A stretch of DNA of 64,000 nt from Flectonema sp. DT1601. Lineage: Eukaryota. The first letter of the stretch is position 1. Every line of letters begins with the position of its first letter. Shown in pieces: positions 10,584 through 22,700 of the stretch. The stretch lies in contig OZ025801.1 in NCBI GenBank assembly GCA_964019425.1, positions 868,001 to 932,000 on the forward strand, read 5' to 3'. Under the pieces are notes generated by a model. It was given only the letters and a program-made list of their open reading frames with translations, was not told the DNA's origin and did not search any database. A program made the position numbers and the translations under genes.

Positions 10584-10830
10584 CATATTTGATTTAGTGT
10601 GCCTATCTATAATAAACTCATATTCTAGCTGGTTTATTCCTTTTTTTTTTTGTTTCATCCCTTTTTACTGATGAAGGCCTAAGAGGGACAAGTAGTATAA
10701 GATTAAGGCTACTGAAAACTACGTATTCCACAAGTGTTTTATGTAACAGCAGAACAATTGTGTGTTTATGACCTTTCTTTTTTTTATATTTTGAATTAGT
10801 GTGACAATCTTATAATAAACCCATATTCTA
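10311..10830 (+). repeat. Three further degenerate copies (B ~10314, C ~10491, D ~10661) of the hammerhead-like repeat
   Basis: Shared CTGATGAAG(g/t)CCT(a/g)AGA(g/a)GGACA..GTAGT..TaAGATTAAG and, in B and D, GAAA(A)CTAC...AACAGCA(g/a)AACAAT; B lacks most of the CTGATGA core. Confidence 0.75.
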
Positions 10831-11192
10831 GCTGGTTTATTGCTTTTTTATTTATTTTTCATCCTTTTTTATTTTACCCTCCGGGACGTCCTTTCTCCTC
10901 ATCAACTTCACCGATGATAACAAAATATACAGCCGACAACAATCCTGACCGTACTTCACACAGAATGTGCTCAGAAAGGACATCTTATTTTTCTTTAGTA
11001 CTAATGCGACCAAGTTAGATACCTTGATGATAATTATATTTTTGTTTTTTTTGTCAGAGCCTATATAACATCAACTGCATGATTGCGGTATTGTATATCT
11101 GAAAAGTGTTGTTTTCGTGTTGTTCTTAATTAAACTTAACAGGTTGTTACCAACTAAAAATATTTTAATGAAATTGTGACTGAACTACAAAC

Positions 11193-12749
11193 ATGAGTAG
11201 CGGTCCAAGTAATTTAATGGCCATGAAGATGGAAAGCAAAGCTAAAGAAGAAGAAGAAAAGGGAAGAATTCGTCGTAAAAAAGGAGCAATTGTGTTAATG
11301 CATCACTTTATGATGGAAAACGGCTTCTTGCAATCGATGACTGTCCTAGAGAGAGAAAGCGGAATTGGTTCATCGAAGTTGCAAGCCGCTGATAATATAT
11401 CGTTGTTACAAATTATTCAAGATTATGAAGAGTATTTTGATCACCGATTTGGACACAAACCAAAACTGTTTCGAAGCAACACTTCTGCTGGTCTTCCAAC
11501 TGATAATTTCAATGGTGAAAAAGAACATACTCGACGAAGACTTCAACGTGTCGCCTCTGCAGAAAAACCCCTCGCCTTGGCGAACATTAATAAATCATCT
11601 CGTCCTCGAGCATCTCTCACACCACCATCAGAACCGAGTAATGTTTTAGACCTCTGTCCTGTTACTACACATGTCACCCCACTACCGAAGAGCAGTAGTA
11701 AGACTCTTAAAAATAAAACTGATTCTGAGGATGAACAGGAAGGTGGTGCAGCATTTGCTTCAAACCAACGACTGATGAAGAAACCGTTTGTACAAAATGG
11801 AGGAATCGATTTGACTGGTGACATGAAAGAGTTATCTTTAATTATCCAACGAGATATTTTAGATGCAGACCCAAACGTCAGGTGGACTGACATCGCTGCC
11901 CTTGAAGACGCAAAGCAATTACTCAAAGAAGCAGTTGTGATGCCAACAAAATATCCTCAGTTCTTCAAGGGTCGTCTTCGACCTTGGAAGGGAGTTCTTT
12001 TATTTGGTCCACCAGGTACAGGTAAAACTATGTTAGCAAAGGCAGTCGCCACTGAGTGTAATACAACTTTTTTTAACATATCTGCATCGTCAATAGTGTC
12101 GAAGTGGAGAGGAGATAGTGAAAAATTGATCCGAATGCTGTTTGACATGGCGAGACACTACTCTCCATCGACAATATTCCTTGACGAATTAGATTCAATA
12201 ATGTCTCAAAGAACATCTTCTGGACAAGAACACGAGGGATCTCGTCGAATGAAAACTGAACTAATGATCCAAATGGATGGATTGCTAAAGGAGGATGTAG
12301 ATTCTCGAGTCTTTGTTTTAGGAGCCTCAAACACTCCATGGGATCTTGATGATGCCATACTTCGAAGGTTAGAGAAGAGAATATTAGTTGGAATGCCTAC
12401 CGAAGCTGCTCGAATCTCGATGTTTAAATCAAACCTAGACGGCCACATCGATCCAGCAGCAATAGATTTCCTCTCTCTTGCAACTCGTACGGAAGGTTAC
12501 ACTGGTAGTGACATTAATGTTCTTTGTAGAGAAGCAATGATGCGAACCGTTCGAGTGAAAATGCGCAAACTCGAAGCATGCGATGGCGACACTGAAGCAT
12601 TATCAAAAGAGTTGCTATCACTTGACAACGTCACTATGAGTGACCTTGGACAAGCTTTAAAAGCAACAAAGTCTGCTACACATGCAATGCCTGTTGCGAA
12701 GTACCTCCAATGGAATGATGGCCATGGAAGTAATCAATCAGGTTATTAG
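11193..12749 (+). CDS. KATNAL2: Katanin p60-like AAA ATPase with N-terminal LisH region (KATNAL2-like)
   Basis: RPWKGVLLFGPPGTGKTMLAKAVATEC, IFLDELD, EHEGSRRMKTEL, LRRLEKRI; N-terminal LMHHFMMENGFLQSMTVLERE...ADNISL. Confidence 0.88.
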   Translation: MSSGPSNLMAMKMESKAKEEEEKGRIRRKKGAIVLMHHFMMENGFLQSMTVLERESGIGSSKLQAADNISLLQIIQDYEEYFDHRFGHKPKLFRSNTSAGLPTDNFNGEKEHTRRRLQRVASAEKPLALANINKSSRPRASLTPPSEPSNVLDLCPVTTHVTPLPKSSSKTLKNKTDSEDEQEGGAAFASNQRLMKKPFVQNGGIDLTGDMKELSLIIQRDILDADPNVRWTDIAALEDAKQLLKEAVVMPTKYPQFFKGRLRPWKGVLLFGPPGTGKTMLAKAVATECNTTFFNISASSIVSKWRGDSEKLIRMLFDMARHYSPSTIFLDELDSIMSQRTSSGQEHEGSRRMKTELMIQMDGLLKEDVDSRVFVLGASNTPWDLDDAILRRLEKRILVGMPTEAARISMFKSNLDGHIDPAAIDFLSLATRTEGYTGSDINVLCREAMMRTVRVKMRKLEACDGDTEALSKELLSLDNVTMSDLGQALKATKSATHAMPVAKYLQWNDGHGSNQSGY

Positions 12750-12885
12750 TTACAACCCACTAAGTTGACTTGGAGAAGAAAAGTATTATTAAAAAAAACC
12801 CCCTCTATCCCGTACTATTCGTGATTTGGTGTGTTGGACATTATTAGTTTAATATACTCATGGCCTTCCCCTTCAGTTCCACATC

Positions 12886-15492
12886 ATGGATATAGAGGGA
12901 CTGCTATCAGACCTTTATGCATCAGATCCTATCAAAAGAGAACATGCGGATAGATTATTATCAGATTATCAGAGTTCTGAAACATGTTGTCAAGAGAGCA
13001 GTCAAATGTTGAGATCCGGAAGGTGTTCTGAGTTGGTGACGCAATATTGCTTAGGAGTGCTGATGCAGACAGTTAGAGACCGAAAATGGAGGAAGAGAAT
13101 GGACGCAGAGATGACTACATCAACACTACAACACCTCACAACAATCGCAAGCATTGCAACAACCCCAACACCGATAGTGAGAAAGATCCTGGATTTACTT
13201 GTTGCTATCGCAGTCGTGTCAGACTTCCCAGATAGGTGGCCAACCTTTTTAAACTGGTGCATGAGCTACATCAGTTCTACTGATGTGTCTCCGTCGGCTG
13301 TCGGGTGGTTGATAAAAGCAATATGCCTTGAGATGACGTCTCTCTCTTCCCCATCTGGTAGACATTGCCAACTGCAACCAGCGATAAAAGATTTTCTAAC
13401 CGCAGCGATTCCTACGATAATCAAAAGGTTTGTGTCATGTGGAGACTCTCAGTTGAGTGATGCCATAGCTCAGGCTATACCCATGGTTGAGATAGATGCA
13501 TTGTGTTGTCAGGAATCAATGGTGTTGCACGTGTTAAGCTGTCCTGTGTCATCACTTTCTGCGTTGGAACTTCAAATAAAAATATCGAATGAAATATTTG
13601 AGTTGAGAACCATCCAACCAGAATCTAGCACAGCCTTATTGTTTTTGAGATGTGTTGAATGCCTCCTACATGATAGTATGTTGCAATATCCAGATTGTGA
13701 AGGCTTAATTCGCTGTTTACAAACTCTACTAGAAAACCACATTCACAGAAATTCAATCTCTCCGCGCACCACTGAAATTCTAAAACGATCGTTATCCATC
13801 GTCCAGTTCGATCCCGAGAATGAATCAATTCTGGACAGCTATTTCTCAATAGTTGATTGCATATGTGAAGCCATGGAAACGTCAAAATCCTTTGAAACAA
13901 TGAAAGATGTACTTCTAGTTGTATTCACAGGGATAATGGAAGTTTATGCTCCATCTGTTCACGCAGCTGAACAAGAACCGACTTCTTGGTATGATGATAC
14001 CTGTGGGAAGGGGATCTTGGTAGCTTCGAGGATTGCGTCGCTCTTCATGACGGACTTCATCAATAGCGGAGTAGTTATATCTTACATGAAACATTTGACA
14101 GATGAACTTACAGGTGTGGGTGGTAGTAGACGAGTTGAAGTTGTAGATTGTGGGTTGCAGTTATTTGCATCACTTGCACCAGACTTTCTACCGATTGCGA
14201 CGTCAACTGGTACTAAGAAATTAACAACAATATTATTTGAAAGCGTTCTTAGCAACAAACATGTGTTGGATTGCCCCCTTTTAGCCTTTCGCTCTTGTGG
14301 TGTTGCATCTGCGTATTCACCTATAATCAGAAAGTTAAATACTGATGAGCAAAAGTATGTTCTAAAAATAATTTCAAACATTGCAACTTATGTTGTCTCA
14401 CAACGGAAGACCACATTAAGTGTAAGTGCTGCCGCGGATATGACTGCCTGCTACGCTTTAAAATCACCTAAAATTGTGTCTGAAACTCCAGAATATTGCT
14501 CCGTTTTAACTGCAACATTTGAACACATTCCTGTCAGTATTGATTGTGTTGGTTTCTTTGCAGCTGCTACTCGGGTGTTGATGTTTTCAGGAAATGCTTC
14601 CGACTTAAAACGAATCTTGTCACGCATCCTACAAAATAACAACATCGGAATGGAGGTGTTGACTGAGATGTTAGAACGCGTGTTTCAAGAAGTGATTTCT
14701 TTACCTGAAAAAACTGTTTTGTGGGGAGAGGGTGGATTGAGAGAAGGGTTTCTACACCTTCTCAACCACTCACAACCACGATCGAATATTATTTTATTAT
14801 TTCAAGTTATTTCTCGTTATCTTTCTAAACAAGTTGGGGTTACAACAACCCAACAGATTGCAAGCCAACTACTTTCATCATCTGCACAGCAGGACTCAGG
14901 TAGTAAAGCAGCCTTGCTGGAACTCTTTACGACTCTAGCTAAACTTCCTGGATCACCACATCTTAGCAGTATATTAATATTTTGTGAGGGATTTGTTTTT
15001 AGTGGTGAAGCCACTGAAGTTGCTGATGCCTACCTTGGACTGCTGATGTCAACATTAGAAGTTAACTTTAGTACTGGAATGGTGGTGAATGTGTTATTTC
15101 CAGTCATAGTCTCCGCCTTTGAACCTTCTTCTTCGATATCACCGTCAACACTGTTCACTTTGTGTACTTGGATGTTGCAAATTGATTTGAAGTATTTTGT
15201 GTTATCTAATAATCAAAACGATGTGTTATCACCATTAGTAACAACATTATCGATTCATATTCTGAACAGAAAGATGGTCTCTGAAGTTCACAGTCTTGTG
15301 TTTATGCGAATTCTTCAAAAATTGCCTCATGTTGTATTCTGTGATGTGATGGTACGTTGGGTTTCTTCAAAGGTTCCCCCGCAAGCCATAGATGTAGTTG
15401 TTTGTCAACCAATGCCGCAAGAACAAACATTAACGAAATTTACTGCTACTGTTGATGATGTTATTAGTACTGTGAAGCATCAAATAACATAG
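12886..15492 (+). CDS. Importin-beta/exportin-like HEAT-repeat protein (divergent)
   Basis: 868-aa ORF; IBN_N-like start (REHADRLLSDYQ...W) and Xpo1-like LVAIAVVSDFPDRWPTFL. Confidence 0.6.
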   Translation: MDIEGLLSDLYASDPIKREHADRLLSDYQSSETCCQESSQMLRSGRCSELVTQYCLGVLMQTVRDRKWRKRMDAEMTTSTLQHLTTIASIATTPTPIVRKILDLLVAIAVVSDFPDRWPTFLNWCMSYISSTDVSPSAVGWLIKAICLEMTSLSSPSGRHCQLQPAIKDFLTAAIPTIIKRFVSCGDSQLSDAIAQAIPMVEIDALCCQESMVLHVLSCPVSSLSALELQIKISNEIFELRTIQPESSTALLFLRCVECLLHDSMLQYPDCEGLIRCLQTLLENHIHRNSISPRTTEILKRSLSIVQFDPENESILDSYFSIVDCICEAMETSKSFETMKDVLLVVFTGIMEVYAPSVHAAEQEPTSWYDDTCGKGILVASRIASLFMTDFINSGVVISYMKHLTDELTGVGGSRRVEVVDCGLQLFASLAPDFLPIATSTGTKKLTTILFESVLSNKHVLDCPLLAFRSCGVASAYSPIIRKLNTDEQKYVLKIISNIATYVVSQRKTTLSVSAAADMTACYALKSPKIVSETPEYCSVLTATFEHIPVSIDCVGFFAAATRVLMFSGNASDLKRILSRILQNNNIGMEVLTEMLERVFQEVISLPEKTVLWGEGGLREGFLHLLNHSQPRSNIILLFQVISRYLSKQVGVTTTQQIASQLLSSSAQQDSGSKAALLELFTTLAKLPGSPHLSSILIFCEGFVFSGEATEVADAYLGLLMSTLEVNFSTGMVVNVLFPVIVSAFEPSSSISPSTLFTLCTWMLQIDLKYFVLSNNQNDVLSPLVTTLSIHILNRKMVSEVHSLVFMRILQKLPHVVFCDVMVRWVSSKVPPQAIDVVVCQPMPQEQTLTKFTATVDDVISTVKHQIT

Positions 15493-15737
15493 GACTAACC
15501 TCCTAATCAACCACTGGCAATTGGTTGTATTGTACTACCTTCTATGGCAAAAAATCAAACCTTCTGGGTTGGTGACCCAATTTTTCTGAACTTCATTTAT
15601 TCAAGATTGCTGTTGTTGTTGTTGTGTTTATTTTTTATTTCTTTACAGGTATTCAAATTAATGCTATGCTTTTACGTATCCCTCACATGTTGAGTTTTTT
15701 TTTCTTTTTCGTCTTCAGCATCTTTTAAAAAAAAAAA

Positions 15738-16448
15738 ATGCTGTGTGTTGTTTCTTCAGTATTTGGTAGCATAGTACCTCCTGGGGTGCCATTTTCTCCA
15801 ATGACTTACAACAGTACAGTTTATGATGCATTTGCTGCTAAGGATTGTGTTAATCTTCCTACTGAGTTAGTTACAGATCCTTATATTGGATATAATGGAA
15901 CCGTTCCAGTTCCTTTTGGTCCAGATGCTGTGTGTGGAGTAAAGTACTTAGATTCCGAGAGACACACATATAAGTTGCAAAACTTCACTAGTATTGACGA
16001 AGCCCACAGCAATGGTGCTTTCGTTACCCACAAAGCTGCTTGTAATAAGTGTTCAAGTCTTGCTGACTTATCAGCTTTTATGTCGCAGCCTGACTTGACT
16101 GATCCTATTCGAAAATGTGAAGTTGAGCACCTTAACAACAAAAATAAAACCCTTGAATGTATGTATAAAAATATGAACTTAAGCAGGCCTTGTACTCAAA
16201 CGTTTTTCTACAATGCGATATATGATAAGAAGTTTTGTGAGACGATTTGTCTGGTGGATTTTATTGAAAAAATCCCCAACAACCTTCCTCCTGATAACAG
16301 ACTCAATGACTGTCTTCAATGTGACGAAGACGAGGCGGGTCCGATATTCAAGTTGTACGCTGGTAGAAACAGGAGAGACTCTGGATTGAATAGCAGCATT
16401 ATTAGGCCAACATCGCAGGTATTCAGAATTATCCATGATTATTACTAG
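15738..16448 (+). CDS. Secreted Cys-rich protein of unknown function
   Basis: 236-aa ORF, hydrophobic N-terminus, VTHxAxCxxCSS and CLQCDEDEAGPIFKLYAGRNRRDSGL motifs. Confidence 0.75.
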   Translation: MLCVVSSVFGSIVPPGVPFSPMTYNSTVYDAFAAKDCVNLPTELVTDPYIGYNGTVPVPFGPDAVCGVKYLDSERHTYKLQNFTSIDEAHSNGAFVTHKAACNKCSSLADLSAFMSQPDLTDPIRKCEVEHLNNKNKTLECMYKNMNLSRPCTQTFFYNAIYDKKFCETICLVDFIEKIPNNLPPDNRLNDCLQCDEDEAGPIFKLYAGRNRRDSGLNSSIIRPTSQVFRIIHDYY

Positions 16449-16742
16449 TGCTTTATTGTGAAACAATTCATGTTCGTTATCTTGCGGAGTGTTTCAGAAT
16501 TTGCTTGAATGTCGAAAAAAAAAATCTGCAGTCTCCTATTTCCGAAATGCGTGTTTGTTTTTTCAGTTGTTATGCTTTAAGCATAATTTATTTACTTACT
16601 GTCATCTTTTTTTCACGATTCTATTCTCCTACTTTTGGCTGCAGCCACCCTCCACATAGCCAGTTGGTTTTGCTTTCTTGATTTTATTAGAAAGTGTTCG
16701 TCACATTGGCCAAAATCATTCCTATAACAGTGAATACATAAA

Positions 16743-19700
16743 ATGGGAGCAGAAAATGAACCCCAGCGTGAAGCGCAGGAGCCGGTTGTTGAGAAGTCAA
16801 CAGCAACCGCAATGGCTGTCTCAGCAGAAGTAATGAAATATGGTTCTTTAGCGTGTTTGGTCGCACAAAACAGTAGTTTGACGCTGACAATGAGAGCGAG
16901 TAGGATTCCAGGAGCAGACCCAATGCCAATGTACTTGGCGACATCAGCCGTTGTTGCCTGTGAATTAGTTAAGTTAGTCCTCTCCATGGTGATGCTTACA
17001 ATTGAGAAGGAAGGATTGGACGGTGCCTTCAAAGCTATCCAGACTGACATCCTTTCATCTTTCAGTCAAAATTTAATACTTCTCATCCCTTCTGGTCTCT
17101 ACACCCTCCAGAATAATATTCAGTACTACGCTGCTACTCACCTTGATCCTCCAACTTACCAAGTGCTGAGTCAGATGAAGCTCATCACAACAGCAATCCT
17201 CTCGGTGGTGATCCTCAACAAAAAGCTCACTATGCTTCAGTGGGCAGCCATTGTACTTCTCGGGGTTGGTATTGCCATGGTTCAAACATCTCAGGGGAAG
17301 GCTCCTGGAACTGCTGTTGGTGTCACTGATGCAGCTGCTGAGGCTGAAGCTTGGAGTCGCATGTTTGGTTTCATTGCTGTCTTTATTGCATGCTGTACCT
17401 CGGGACTTGCTGGAGTGTACCTCGAGAAGATTGTGAAGCAGACTAAACCTTCCGTTTGGATTCGTAACATGCAACTCGCTTCGTGGGGTCTTCTGGTGGG
17501 TCTTTTGGCATCTTACTTCAAGGACTACGATGCGATTGTGGAACATGGATTCTTTCAGGGATTCAAGGAAATTGTTTGGGTTGTTGTGGCATTACAGTCA
17601 GTTGGAGGAATTCTGATCGCAGTTGTGGTGAAGTACTCCGACAACATTGTGAAGGGTTTCGCCACTGGACTGTCAATTGTTTCATCAGCAACGGCATCTG
17701 TTTGGCTTTTCAGCTTCGTGTTCACCATGCAATACGTTCTCGGGGCGACGATTGTGATTGTATGTTTAGTTTTTTTTTTGCACCGACGGATTACGAGCCG
17801 ATATTATTATTGTACCTACAAACCCATTGTTCGGTAGAAAGAGAATTGTGGCAGCGTAACTACCTATTCCTTTATTAGGATTTTCTACCGGTTGCGCACA
17901 AACAAAAAATACACAAAATGACTACTACGAGATATCATTGTGAACCTTCCACTGTTGAGTGGAGCACAATCGCGGCGAGTGAGTGGCCTGCAGAAGTGCA
18001 GTGTCACCCACTCGAGGATGCTTGCATCTTTCCGAATTGCGACGAGTCTCATGTTGATGAGCTCGATTGCAAGAGATGCGGGCACCGTTGTTCTGTGCAG
18101 TGTCTGAATGAGACGCTCACGGAGAGGAATGCAGCGCCATTCCTCATACATCGATCAAATTGGGTGTGTCCAATATGTGCCTGGCTGATGAGCAAAGGCG
18201 ATCGTCTTCTCCCGTCAAAGATTGTTTGTCAGGAAGAAGAAGTACACAACGAGAAAGGATCAATTGATGAGGCCGATTGGGCTGGAATCACTACAGGCAG
18301 CAACGCCTGAATCGCTTCATTCAATACACGGCTCTCGTGTGTTGATTCCCTTGTGGGCGCGTCCCGCGCTCGTTCAAGGAACGGGCCATAACGGGTGTCC
18401 AGCTTCACGGACATTGCCTCCAAGGCCACCGCGTTGTCGATCGTTGTTCCCCACGTCGTCACGCGGCGAATATCGGTTTTGATCCTCTCGTACCGCAGCA
18501 GCGACGTTAGAGATTCATTACAGGTGATGGTTACGAGGTTGGAAGCGTTGAGGTTGAGTCAACACGGACTTTCGCAGGAGGCTGTAATAGCGTTTCAGGA
18601 GTCTTTAAACGCGGTGGGACATGCGGAGATCACGGCGATGAAGTTCCGGAGTGCTCTGCTGGAAGCAGATTCCGCGGATCGGAGATCGAAGGCAAAATCA
18701 GTGAAGACTGAAGCTTTCCGGTTGTCCAAGGGAGGGAAGTCCCGACATTCGCAATGAATGTTACCCACGGTGGTAGGGAAGCTTCGGGGTCGTCCGCAAA
18801 AACCTCAACCAACCATCTCCGATGCTGGGGAGCTTCAAATTCTACGGGAAAGAGTGAAGACGGCTACTCTGGCGTGCTATGCCCCCAAGACTGTAGAGTC
18901 CATCAAATCCGTGATGGGTCAGTGGGTCAAGTTCCACAACCAAGTGTTGAAGGTCGAACCGGAGTTGGAGGAAGAGGAATCGTTCACTCTCTGGATTCAG
19001 CTGAAGAGGGAAGCCGGCGACATCTCGACCGATTCGGCGAGACAATACTTCGTTTGTCGTGCGATGGCTGCAATTGCAGAGCAGGATGCGTACCGACGAT
19101 TTCTGCTTCGCGAGTCACGCGAGTGGGAGAGACGACAGGCCATGCTTGCGAAGATACCGACTCCGGCCATGATTCGAAGTGTGGTTTTCGACAACTCGAC
19201 TACCCTGGTGAGGCCAAAAGTTGCATTAGCGTGTAGTGGATGCTTGCTTGTCGGTTTCGGGATCTCGAACTTCTTTGCGTTCATCACATTCGTACAATCA
19301 AAGGGAATCAGACGTTGATCACTCTTGTAGCGGGAAAGACGGACATCAGGGCCCAAGGACAGGGTCTATTGATCAATACGACCGGTCCGTTTTTCCAGAT
19401 TCTGAGACGTTGGCTGACTACACTGCAGGGCGACAGCCAAATCTTTCCAGGTTTGGCACTATCCAACTACAACGCGTTTTTGAAGAGGCGTATCGCGACG
19501 ACCTCACATTATGTCAGACATTCCGCACTAGGTTTTGTCGCGACAAAGATAGGACAGGACGCAGCTCAGACCTTGGCTCGGCACAAGTCCGACGTGTCTA
19601 CGCTCAAATACATTCCTCACGAGACCTGGAAGGGCACGAAGAACTCCCTACAGCCGACAGACCTGCTGCAGAAGATTTGAACGTGGATATCTGGCCTAGA

Positions 19701-22700
19701 GGGATGTCTTCACTCGAATGTGCGATGGATGATTATGGATATGCAGACTCTTTTTCCGAATGGCTGGATGAAGCAGGCGTTCCGCGTGCAAGGAGGGCTT
19801 GTTATGAAGGTGAGATCGCTTCATCACCTCTGACTCATATTGATTTAGATTCATTTCTGCACGACTATCCAGAGTGCAAAGACAATTTTAAATGGATTTT
19901 AGACGTTGGTGGGCACATCACATCCTTAAAAAAAGGTGCAATGGGTCCTCCGAACAAACTACTAGAGCCTCATGTTCAACGCTTAATTGACCTTGACATT
20001 GCTGAATCGATTCCACATTCGTGTAAAAGCCGTATTCTGAGTGGTGCCTTCTGTGTCAAAAAGAAACAACCTGGAGCTCTTCGTTTTATTTTGAACCCAA
20101 AAGGGGTCAATAAAGCACTGGACGGTGTCGTCATTCCCAAGTGTGCTTTGCCTTCATATCAGACTATTCGCAACACGATAATGAGTTCTGAGTGGATTTC
20201 ACAGTTTGATTTTAAATCGTTTTACTTTCAATTTCTACTTCCTACGGAGATAAGAAACATCTTTGGATTTCGAGTTGGTAATCGTCTGTTACGTATGAAA
20301 CGAGCGCCTATGGGATTCAAGTGCACCCCGCAGGCGGGTCAAAAGGTTTGCTGAGAAACTCGCAGAAGTTGCAATTTCGGGTCTGTCTGTTCGGTTTCTG
20401 GTTTGGATGGATAATGTTGTCTTTGTGTCTGATGAAAAGGGTCAGCTTGAAGAAGTTGGACTTAAATTTAGATTACTCTGCCAGAGATATCGAGTTGTAC
20501 TTGGGGATGTTGATCCTGTGGGTACGAAACTGACGGCGTTTGGGATTGAATGGGACCTCGAACGTAAACGTATACGTTGTCGTTCCGATTGGACTCAGAA
20601 GCTGATTGCAATTACTTCATTGTTGGAAAAGCCTTTTCCGATTCGTGTCGCATGGAAGATTTGTGGGATTTTGGTGTGGCGTTTCTATGCTCTTGGCGGT
20701 CTGATGAGATTTCTGCGCCCCATTCTTACTTGGATGTCACGTACTGCAGCCTTGGGACGTCCGTGGACTGAATTGACATCTGTTGAACCAATCGCGAAGT
20801 ACATTGAAGTGCAGTTCTCTGCGCTCTTCAAAAACGAATGGGCATCATGGGTGATCGATCCAGAACGCAAGGTGATAAGAATCGCCACTGATGCTAGTGG
20901 TTCTGGTTGGGGAGTTGTCTTGTTGGCTTCTTTTGAGGAATTTTGGGGTTCCTTTGTGAATCCTCAGGGATACGATATTTACGTGAAGGAAATGTATGCT
21001 CTGTGCTATGGAGTTCTCAAGGTCATTGAATTGAATCATCAACTCCTCGACATACATGCCGCGGTTGATGTGATTGCTGCGGTTAAACGTGGGTACACTC
21101 TAGTGGAGCAGGCGTCTCCGATGCTAGAGATGATGTTGGCGGGACTTGAGAAGTCGAGTTCTGTCCTTCATGTAAAGTACGTACCATCTGCTGAAAATCC
21201 CGCAGATGCGCCTTCGAGATACAATCAAAAAAGGTAGACCTTTAAAGGGTCCTCCTTCTGCGCCGCGACTCCAGCTTATACCTCCTTCTGCGCCGCGACT
21301 CCAGCTTATACATGCATATAATGTAGTGCTGAGTCACACAGGCATGGGCTATTTTATAAAGGGTCCGGTTGCGCACAAACAAAATAAAAGTGTGAGTGAG
21401 TAAGTAAAAAGTGAAGTTTGCCGATTCTTTTTCTATTTCCCTGCCAGTAAACTGTTTGTGGTTCGTGCATGGGTGACACACAACAAAGTGGGAAAAAAAA
21501 ATACCCCATGTGAGACTCGAACTCACAACCTTTGGATTAGAAGTCCAACGCGCTATCCAATTGCGCCAATGGGGCTCTGAAAAAAATGAAAATTTTCATT
21601 TTATCGCATTTTCCCTCTCTCTTTTTTTGCTTTCTTTTTAACAATTTCAACATTGGGGAACTTCATGATTTCAACCAATTGTACTCCTGATGTGAATAAG
21701 AGCCGCATCGAGGCATTCCAGATTGCACTCTTCGACAGAAAGGGTGCACCTTGTCTCTGAGTAAGTGACGAGAACCAGTTCTAAACCTGGCTATTCTGAT
21801 TTCTGAGGGACTCAGCATGTCACCAGAATAACGGGCAGTTAAAACCCCCCAGGTACTGTATCAGCATTACGCGCTTTAAGGGAGGCTTCGCTCAAGAATC
21901 TTTCCCAAACATCTTCCTCTGGTTTCGCGTGGGCGAAGAAGTCCATCTTGGTGTTGAACGGCTTCCCCATTCACGCCCTCGAAGCAGCTTTCGCTAACCT
22001 GTCAGCATTGTCATGGGGATGTGATGGGATGAATTGGATATGCACAAACGACTCAAGTTGTTTGATACCTCTCAGGATTGAGAGAGTTAACGTTCCTTTG
22101 AGCCACAATGCCACCGCTCAGCTCGTCCAAATTCGACTTCGAGTGATACCATTAATTGATCTAAAGGGTAAGTTCAAGGCTATTTGTTCGGACTTATGGC
22201 TACTTTCAGTACCCGTTAGTCTGGACGCTCTGGTGCTTTCTACAGGAAATCTGAACAGCCGCTGCACCAGCTGTGTAGTTCTTGGGGTCGTGAGAGCCAT
22301 CAACATAACTCGTGGAGTTCGAAGGTCGGACACTGCAATATTCCTCAAACTGTATCTTGAAATCACCGGTCCCGTGTGGCAATTTAGAACCTCACAAAAA
22401 TTTCCCTCTTTTCTTTGGTCAGCTCCAGCACTAGCTGTCCTTTCACCCACTCGCAACGGTGGACGCCTGACTCTACCTGTTACTTGTAGGTGAGTGTAGG
22501 TGTGGACCTTTATCCTTTTCCATACCCCAGTAGTAGTCTCTATGGAAGAGCCTGGCCAAAGACCAGTTGTTATGCCCGACGCTGCCCTCAAGTATATTTC
22601 ATGGGGATCAATATACGCCATGAGGATCAGAGAGAAAGATTCAACTCATTTGCTCCAGAGTAAGTATGCAAGCAGACTGGTTCCAGAGATGATAATGATG

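Larger units (their letters stand above)
17813..21432 (+). mobile_element. VIPER/TATE-like tyrosine-recombinase (DIRS-order) retrotransposon, degenerate
   Basis: Order Gag-like, YR, RT, RNase H; 20-bp direct repeat CCGGTTGCGCACAAACAAAA at 17888-17907 and 21365-21384; ends match the short element at 35803-35960. Confidence 0.85.
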
